Part shown: in pieces, positions 57,706-64,000 of the stretch | How positions within the stretch are numbered: position 1 is the stretch's first letter | Layout of the letters: the number at the start of each line of letters is the position of its first letter | Origin: Candidatus Methylomirabilota bacterium | GTDB taxonomy: Bacteria > Methylomirabilota > Methylomirabilia > Rokubacteriales > CSP1-6 | Direction of reading: 5' to 3' | NCBI GenBank assembly: GCA_046726415.1 | Contig: JBKPAK010000008.1 | Coordinates: 1 to 64,000 of the forward strand | DNA: 64,000 nucleotides | Position numbers and translations under genes: made by a program | The notes under the pieces: generated by a model | What the model saw: the letters and a program-made list of their open reading frames with translations, nothing else | Told to the model about the DNA's origin: nothing | Databases searched by the model: none

Positions 57706-59316
57706 ATGCGCTCACGATACCTTCCGGCAAGCCTCATACTCGTCGCGGCGCTGATTGCCCCACTCGCCGCGCCCCCCGCCCCCGACGCCCAGACGCCGAA
57801 ACGCGGCGGCACCCTCCGCGTTTCCTACGGCAACGAGATTGCCAACCTCGATTTCCATACTGCGCCCGGATACGAAATGATGTGGGTGGCCATGAACGTC
57901 GGCTGCGGGCTCGTCAATATCACGGCCGACGGGAAGTTTGTGGGTGACGCCGCCGAGTCGTGGCAGGTCTCCCCCGACGGATTGAGCTACACCTTCAAGC
58001 TCAAGCCGAACGTCCTCTTCCACGACGGCACGAAGGTGGATGCCGCCGCGGTCAAATTCAGCATCGACCGCCTGATGGACCCGGCCACCAAGTCCGGGAT
58101 GCGGAGCTTCTACTCTGCCGTCCACAGCGTCGAAGTGCTCGACCCCCTCATCCTGCAGATCCGTCTCAAGCACCCCTACGCCTTCATGCTGCACATGCTG
58201 GCCGCCTACCGTACGGGCCTCGTCCTCTATTCGCCCACGGCCACCCAAAAGTACTCGCTGGAGGACCGCAAGGCGGGCAAGCCGGAGGCGGTGGTCGGCT
58301 GCGGGCCCTTCCGGCTGGTCGAGTGGGTCAAGGGCAGTCACCTAGTCATGGATCGGTTCGACAAGTACTTCGTGCCCGGCATCCCCTACCTCGATCGGGT
58401 GCAGATCCGCACCATCAAAGATCCGGTCACCGAGATGGCCGCCTTCAAAGCCGGTGAGGTTGACTTCATCGCCTCCTTCTCGCCCGAGCACGTCGACACC
58501 CTGAGGGCCCAGGTGTCGAATGCCCAGATCATGACGGGGAAGGAAACGACGCCGATGATGGCGACCATGAAGGTGACGATCCCCAAGGACGGCAAGCCCA
58601 TGTCCAAGGAACGAATGCCCCACCCGATCTTCGGCGACATCCGCGTGCGCAAGGCCGTTGGCTGCTACGGGATCGACCGGAAGGAGGTCGTGAAGATCGC
58701 GTTCAAGGGCCAGGCGTCGCCGTGGGTCGGCATGATCCCGCCCGGCACCCTCGACTCGGTGGACCTCAACGCCCTGTGCCCCTACGACCAGGCCAAGGCG
58801 AAGGCGCTCCTGGCCGAGGCCGGCTACGGGCCCCAGAAGCCCCTGACCTTCGAGCTGATGACTAACACCGAAAAGTCCGTCTTCAACGTGATCGCCACCG
58901 TCATCAAGGAGCAGATGGCCCGCATCGGCGTGACCGCCAACATCCGGCTCGTCGACAAGGTCACCTGGATGAACACGACCCTCCAGGACGCCCCGTGGGA
59001 CATGTACGTCGAGGATCTCCTGTCGCTCATCACCCTGGACAGCAACGCCTACCTGACCACGACGCCCTCGACGTGGAACACCTCGCGGCACACCGACCCC
59101 AAGGTCGACGAGTACTACGCCCGCTACGCCAAGGAGCTGGACGCCGCCAAGCGCAAGGTCATCGCCAAGGAGCTGGCGGAATACATGGCCGACAAGGTCT
59201 ACTGGAACGTCATCTCCGGCTCGCCCTTCTACATGGTCGCCCAGCCGTGGATGAAGAACTACGTCTACAACGCCGAGTTCGAAGTGCACTACCACAAGGT
59301 CTGGCTCGACAAGTAA
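57706..59316 (+). CDS. ABC transporter substrate-binding protein, family 5 (peptide/nickel)
   Basis: Signal peptide, PKRGGTL, AESWQVSPDGLSYTFKL..FHDG, GCGPF. Confidence 0.93.
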   Translation: MRSRYLPASLILVAALIAPLAAPPAPDAQTPKRGGTLRVSYGNEIANLDFHTAPGYEMMWVAMNVGCGLVNITADGKFVGDAAESWQVSPDGLSYTFKLKPNVLFHDGTKVDAAAVKFSIDRLMDPATKSGMRSFYSAVHSVEVLDPLILQIRLKHPYAFMLHMLAAYRTGLVLYSPTATQKYSLEDRKAGKPEAVVGCGPFRLVEWVKGSHLVMDRFDKYFVPGIPYLDRVQIRTIKDPVTEMAAFKAGEVDFIASFSPEHVDTLRAQVSNAQIMTGKETTPMMATMKVTIPKDGKPMSKERMPHPIFGDIRVRKAVGCYGIDRKEVVKIAFKGQASPWVGMIPPGTLDSVDLNALCPYDQAKAKALLAEAGYGPQKPLTFELMTNTEKSVFNVIATVIKEQMARIGVTANIRLVDKVTWMNTTLQDAPWDMYVEDLLSLITLDSNAYLTTTPSTWNTSRHTDPKVDEYYARYAKELDAAKRKVIAKELAEYMADKVYWNVISGSPFYMVAQPWMKNYVYNAEFEVHYHKVWLDK

Positions 59317-59319
59317 CAG

Positions 59320-60297
59320 ATGCGGATCTACATCCTGCGGCGGCTACTCGGGATCGTGCCCACGGTCCTCATGATCACCCTCGTGGTGTTCGTGATGATG
59401 CGCTCGATCCCGGGCGATCCCGTGGTGTCCCTCCTCGGCGACGCCTATACCGAGGAGGACGCCGTCAAGGTGCGCGAGGAGTACGGGCTGAACAAGCCGA
59501 TCCTGATCCAGTACGTGATCTGGCTCGGCCGGCTGGCCCAGGGAGACTGGGGCCACTCAGTCCTCAGCGGGCGCCCGGTCCTTCAAGACGTGGTGTTCCG
59601 CCTCCCCGTGACCCTGGAGCTGGTCGTGCTCTCCATGTTGGTGGCGCTGATGATCGCGATTCCCGCCGCGATCATCGGCGCCAAGCGCCAAAACACCTGG
59701 GCCGACTACTCGGCCACGTCGATCGCCATGATCGGCGTGTCGATCCCGGAGTTCTTCCTCGGAGTGCTCCTCCTGCTCGCCTTCTCGGTGGGGCTGCGGG
59801 GCGCGCTGCCCAGCTCCGGCTGGGTGTACCTTCCCGGCACCTGCACGAGCGTGGTGTGCGCGGCTGGTCTCTGGGGCAACCTGCAGCACGTGCTGATGCC
59901 CGCGGTGGCGCTGGGCGTCGGCCGGGCGGCCATCCTCACGCGCCTGCTCCGTTCGAACCTGCTGGAAGTCATCCGCACCGAGTACGTGACCACCGCGCGC
60001 GCCAAAGGGCTGGGGGAGCGGAAGGTCGTGTTGAAGCATTCACTCAAGAACGCGCTCATCCCCACGGTCACCGTGATGGGGCTGCAGGTCGGCTTTCTGA
60101 TTGGCGGCGCCATTGTGGTGGAGACCCTGTTCGCCATGCCTGGGCTGGGCACCTACGGTATCGACGCCATCATCGCGCGCGACTATCAGCAGGTGCAGGG
60201 CTTCGCGCTGGTGACGGCGTTCGCCTTCGTGGTGATCAATCTGCTGGTGGACCTCACGTACTCATTCCTCGATCCACGGATCCGTTATGGTTCCTGA
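59320..60297 (+). CDS. ABC permease, DppB/OppB-like
   Basis: IPGDP, GDWGHS, TARAKGL, HSLKNA, DPRIR. Confidence 0.94.
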   Translation: MRIYILRRLLGIVPTVLMITLVVFVMMRSIPGDPVVSLLGDAYTEEDAVKVREEYGLNKPILIQYVIWLGRLAQGDWGHSVLSGRPVLQDVVFRLPVTLELVVLSMLVALMIAIPAAIIGAKRQNTWADYSATSIAMIGVSIPEFFLGVLLLLAFSVGLRGALPSSGWVYLPGTCTSVVCAAGLWGNLQHVLMPAVALGVGRAAILTRLLRSNLLEVIRTEYVTTARAKGLGERKVVLKHSLKNALIPTVTVMGLQVGFLIGGAIVVETLFAMPGLGTYGIDAIIARDYQQVQGFALVTAFAFVVINLLVDLTYSFLDPRIRYGS

Positions 60298-60339
60298 CAT
60301 ACGCGTCGGCGGTGCATCCCCGCGACGAGGGAGGCGGTC

Positions 60340-61266
60340 ATGAGCGCGATGCGCGAGGTCGATCTTGGCGCCGCCGGAGAGCTCGTCCTCGAGCGCCCCG
60401 CGGTCACGCGCTCGGAAAGCCCGCTGGCCCAGGGGCTCCGGCGGCTCCGGCGCAGCACGACGGCCCTGGTCGGCATGGCGATCGTCATCGCCCTCGTCGT
60501 GGTCGCCCTCTTTGCAGACGTGCTGGCCCCCCAGAGCCCGATCGCCAGCGACCAGACCAAGACATTCCAGCGGCCGAGCTGGGACTATCCGCTCGGCACC
60601 GATCAGCTCGGCCGAGACATGCTGAGCCGCCTCGTTCATGGCAGTCGCATCTCGCTGGCCGTGGGGGTGTCGTCGGTGTTGCTCGCGCTCTTCGCGGGTG
60701 TGCCGCTCGGGCTGATCGCGGGGTACTACGGAGGGCGGGTCGACACCGGTGTGATGCGGGTGATGGACCTGATCCTGGCGTTCCCCATCTATCTGCTGGC
60801 CATCATCCTGATGGTCATCTTCAGCCCGACGGCGGGGCTGATCGGCACCATGAAGGTCACCGGGGCTATCGCCATCGTGCGGATTCCCATCTACGCGCGG
60901 TTGGTTCGGGGCAGCGTCCTCTCGGTCAAGGAGAAGGAATACATCGAAGCATGCCGCGCGCTCGGCGTCCGAGACCCGTGGATCCTCGTGCGTCACGTGC
61001 TGCCGAACTGCCTGGCCCCGATCATCGTGACCACGACGCTCGGCATCGCCACCTCCATCATCGTGGAGGCCACGCTCTCCTTCCTGGGCCTGGGCACCCA
61101 ACCGCCGACGCCGAGCTGGGGCTGGGACCTCAAGGCCAACGTCGCCTTCATCCACGACTACCCGTGGCTCTCGCTCTTCCCGGGCATCGCCATCTTCGTC
61201 ACCGTGCTCGGCTTCAACCTCTTCGGCGACGGCCTCCGCGACGCCCTCGACCCGCGACTCAAGTAG
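60340..61266 (+). CDS. ABC permease, DppC/OppC-like
   Basis: LGTDQLGRD, EYIEACRALG, LSFLGLG, GDGLRDALDP. Confidence 0.94.
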   Translation: MSAMREVDLGAAGELVLERPAVTRSESPLAQGLRRLRRSTTALVGMAIVIALVVVALFADVLAPQSPIASDQTKTFQRPSWDYPLGTDQLGRDMLSRLVHGSRISLAVGVSSVLLALFAGVPLGLIAGYYGGRVDTGVMRVMDLILAFPIYLLAIILMVIFSPTAGLIGTMKVTGAIAIVRIPIYARLVRGSVLSVKEKEYIEACRALGVRDPWILVRHVLPNCLAPIIVTTTLGIATSIIVEATLSFLGLGTQPPTPSWGWDLKANVAFIHDYPWLSLFPGIAIFVTVLGFNLFGDGLRDALDPRLK

Positions 61267-61322
61267 CCAGCGATGCGGACTTCGTGACCGGCGTGACCAT
61301 CGACGTCACTGGCGGGGTCTGA
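61266..61322 (+). pseudogene. Orphan 3' end of an SDR gene
   Basis: ASDADFVTGVTIDVTGGV-stop directly after the dppC stop. Confidence 0.7.
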
Positions 61323-61346
61323 TATCAGGGGGCGCCGCGCTGCCCC

Positions 61347-62654
61347 CTAGTACCGGTTGGCGATGGGAAGCTCCTCGGCCGGGAAGAGCGTGATGATCAG
61401 CGCGCCACTGGGCGCCACGATAACTTCTTCCTCGATGCGGGCGGCCGAGGTGCCGTCGGTGGCCGGGCAGTAGGTCTCCACGGCGAACATCATGCCGGCC
61501 TCCAGCTCCATCGGATCGTCGAAGGAGTTCAGGCGGCTGATGATCGGCCGCTCGTGCAGGCCGAGCCCGATGCCGTGACAGAAGTTTAGCCCGAAGGCCG
61601 CCATCTCGCTCTCGAAGCCGATCTCCGGGGCCTTCGGGAAGGCGCGCGCGATCTTGTCCGTCGTGATCCCCGGCTTGATGAGGGCGATAGCTTCGTCCAT
61701 CCACTCACGGGCCTTCCGGTAGGCCGCCACCTGGGCGCGGGTGGCTCGGCCGACGTTGAAGGTGCGGTAGTAGCACGTCCGGTAGCCGACGTACGACATG
61801 ATGATGTCGAAGAAGGCCTGGTCGCCGGGCCGGATGAGGCGGTCGGTGAAGTTGTGGGGATGCGGGCTGCACCGCTCGCCGGAAATCGCGTTGATGGCCT
61901 CCACGCAGTCCGAGCCCATCTCGTAGAGGCGCTTGGTGGCCAGCGCCACGATCTCGTTCTCGCGCACACCTGGCTTCAGCGCCTCGAAGATGTCCTGGTA
62001 GGCGCCGTCCACCATGGCCGCCGCCATGTTGAGCAACATCAGCTCGTCCTGGCTCTTGATCATTCTCGCTTCCAGCATGACCTGCTGACCATCGCGGACC
62101 TCGACCCCCGCCTCTTGCAGGGCGAAGAGGAATGGCGGCTCCACGAGGTCGATGCCCAGCGGCATGCTCCCCACACCCTCCGCGCGCAAGATGTCACGGA
62201 TCTCCTGAGCCGCCTTCTTGAAGAGTCCGGCCTTCGGTGAGACGGCCCCGCGCATGCCCACCATGCCGGCGAGCGACTGCCGCTCGGGGATCCACGGCGC
62301 GTACAGGCGATGATGGCGGGCGGCGGAGCCGAAGTCCCACACCCAGGGCTCGCCGTTGCCGGTGAGCAAGGACCAGCGCGTGAGCTTGTCGCGCGCCCAC
62401 TCTCCGATGACGGTTCCCGAGAGATAGCGGATGTTGTGCTGGTCGAAGACGAGCACGGCGCCCAGCCCCGACCTGGCCAGCGCCTGCCGCGCGCGACCGA
62501 GGCGATAAGCGTGCAGGCGGCGGAAGTCCACGCGCTCCTCGAAGTCCACCTGCATGTGGCCCGGCGCCTGGAGCGGCCGCTCCCAGCGGTGGCGTGGGCT
62601 CACCTCATCGGATGTCAGGGGCCGGGGCGGCGTTGCCTCCTGCCGTCGAGCCAT
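61347..62654 (-). CDS. M24 (Xaa-Pro peptidase/creatinase fold) family hydrolase
   Basis: NIRYLSG, ARMIKS..E, HGIGL, FAVET, ARIEE; GYRTCYYRT variant. Confidence 0.88.
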   Translation of the reverse strand: MARRQEATPPRPLTSDEVSPRHRWERPLQAPGHMQVDFEERVDFRRLHAYRLGRARQALARSGLGAVLVFDQHNIRYLSGTVIGEWARDKLTRWSLLTGNGEPWVWDFGSAARHHRLYAPWIPERQSLAGMVGMRGAVSPKAGLFKKAAQEIRDILRAEGVGSMPLGIDLVEPPFLFALQEAGVEVRDGQQVMLEARMIKSQDELMLLNMAAAMVDGAYQDIFEALKPGVRENEIVALATKRLYEMGSDCVEAINAISGERCSPHPHNFTDRLIRPGDQAFFDIIMSYVGYRTCYYRTFNVGRATRAQVAAYRKAREWMDEAIALIKPGITTDKIARAFPKAPEIGFESEMAAFGLNFCHGIGLGLHERPIISRLNSFDDPMELEAGMMFAVETYCPATDGTSAARIEEEVIVAPSGALIITLFPAEELPIANRY

Positions 62655-62865
62655 CGCTGCCTCCTGGGCGGGAGATTCGTCCGCTACTGTACTGCAAGTC
62701 GCCGGGACTCGCCCTCCGGGCGCGCCCCATCGGCGGGGGGTGAAGATTCCCGACTCTGCATGGGCCGGCGGCAGCGAGGCGGGCACGACCCGGGTACACC
62801 GCGTACACTAATGCGGTCGGGCGCTCGGCGGGCGCCCCGATCACTCCAACGGCAGGGGGAACAAC

Positions 62866-63624
62866 GTGTTCGATCTCAAGGGCAAGGTGGCGGTGGTGAC
62901 GGGCGGCAATGGCGGGATTGGGCTCGGCATGGCCCGCGGTCTCGCCTCGGCGGGCGCCCAGGTGGTCGTGGTCGGGCGCAACGAGGCAAAGTCGCGCGAC
63001 GCCGTGAAGGATCTCGAGGGACGCGGGGGGCAGGCCTTCGCCCTGAGCCTGGACGTGAGCGACGAGGCCGCGGTGGCGCGCCTGGTCGGCGAGGTAGACC
63101 GGCGCTGCGGCCGGCTGGACGTCCTGGTCAACAACGCGGGGACCAATATCCGAAAGCCTCCGCACGAGGTCTCGCTGGCCGAGTGGAGCTTCGTCCTCAA
63201 TACGAACCTCACCAGTGCCTTCCTGTGCTCGAAGGCCGCCTATCCCGTGATGAAGCGAGCGGGCGGCGGAAAGATCATCAACATCGGCTCCATGATGTCG
63301 ATCTTCGGGGCCTCCTTCGCCCCGGCTTACTCGGCCAGCAAAGGCGGCATCGTCCAGCTCACCAAGTCCATGGCGGTGGCGTGGGCCAAGGACAACATCC
63401 AGGTGAATGCGGTCCTGCCGGGCTGGATCGATACCGAGCTGACGCGGAAGGCGCGGGCCGAGGTCCCCGGGCTCAACGAGAACGTCCTGCGGCGCACCCC
63501 AGTGGGGCGGTGGGGCACGTGGGACGACTGCGCGGGGATCGCCGTGTTCCTCGCGGCGCCTGCTTCGGACTTCGTCACGGGCACGGCCATCCCGCTCGAC
63601 GGGGGTTTCTCGATCCAAGGCTGA
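62866..63624 (+). CDS. SDR oxidoreductase (KduD/gluconate 5-dehydrogenase-like)
   Basis: TGGNGGIG, NNAG, YSASKGG, NAVLPGW. Confidence 0.92.
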   Translation: MFDLKGKVAVVTGGNGGIGLGMARGLASAGAQVVVVGRNEAKSRDAVKDLEGRGGQAFALSLDVSDEAAVARLVGEVDRRCGRLDVLVNNAGTNIRKPPHEVSLAEWSFVLNTNLTSAFLCSKAAYPVMKRAGGGKIINIGSMMSIFGASFAPAYSASKGGIVQLTKSMAVAWAKDNIQVNAVLPGWIDTELTRKARAEVPGLNENVLRRTPVGRWGTWDDCAGIAVFLAAPASDFVTGTAIPLDGGFSIQG

Positions 63625-63628
63625 TGGC

Positions 63629-64000
63629 ATGCGGGCGCTTGTCACCGACGCCATCGCCGAGGAGGGACTGGCATACCTTCGCGACCACGGCGTCGAAGTC
63701 GACCAGCTTCTGAAGGCGCCGCTCGGCACCCTGTACCGGCGCCTGGCCGACTACGACGCGCTCATCACGCGCTCCGGCACGACGGTGACGGCCGACCTGC
63801 TCGACCACGCCCCGCGCCTGCGCTTCGTGGGGCGGGCCGGCGTGGGGGTGGACAATATCGACGTGGAGGCGTGCTCGCGACGTGGCATTGTCGTCGCCAA
63901 CGCGCCGTATGGCAACGTCGTCTCCGCGGCCGAGCACACCCTGGCCATGCTCCTCGCGCTCGTCCGGCGCATCCCCGAGGCGCACGCGCACCTCAAGCGG
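63629..64000 (+). CDS. serA: D-3-phosphoglycerate dehydrogenase, 3'-truncated by window edge
   Basis: DYDALITRS, GRAGVGVDNID, NAPYGNVVSAAEHT. Confidence 0.88.
   Translation, partial: MRALVTDAIAEEGLAYLRDHGVEVDQLLKAPLGTLYRRLADYDALITRSGTTVTADLLDHAPRLRFVGRAGVGVDNIDVEACSRRGIVVANAPYGNVVSAAEHTLAMLLALVRRIPEAHAHLKR

Noticed and set aside
62655-62865. Riboswitch or ncRNA in GC-rich intergenic hairpins (also 5600-5870 and 33210-33400)
   Set aside because: No recognisable conserved riboswitch or tRNA motifs by eye; an Rfam/Infernal scan would be needed

Overview
A GC-rich (roughly 70% by eye), gene-dense bacterial chromosome segment. Gene style suggests Ca. Rokubacteria/Methylomirabilota, which is inference only. 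No rRNA, tRNA, CRISPR array or intact mobile element was seen. Main modules in order: acs; arsR-arsI-moaD-like; a patch of gene remnants (transposase, ParA, XRE); a C1 cluster (NuoEF/FdsGB-like fusion, formate dehydrogenase, fhs, ftcD); LysR plus small Cys-rich ORFs plus a short isocitrate lyase; a TIGR04283-like glycosyltransferase operon; redoxin-HK-RR-msrPQ-M16 pair-rluA; an orphan hexaheme ActA-like cytochrome; ettA and rnd; ahpCD; imuA-imuB-dnaE2; a Mo-bis-PGD enzyme followed by DsrE and MOSC genes; a peptide ABC transporter lacking ATPases; partial serA. The strongest signals, both missed by the ORF track, are two genes with an in-frame UGA in place of the first Cys of a CxxC motif, each followed by a SECIS-like hairpin, i.e. 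probable selenoproteins. One is an exported redoxin heading the msrPQ run; the other is a DsrE protein between a Mo enzyme and a MOSC gene. A REP-like hairpin repeat family with a compensatory base change and a duplicated small Zn-finger-like ORF are also present.
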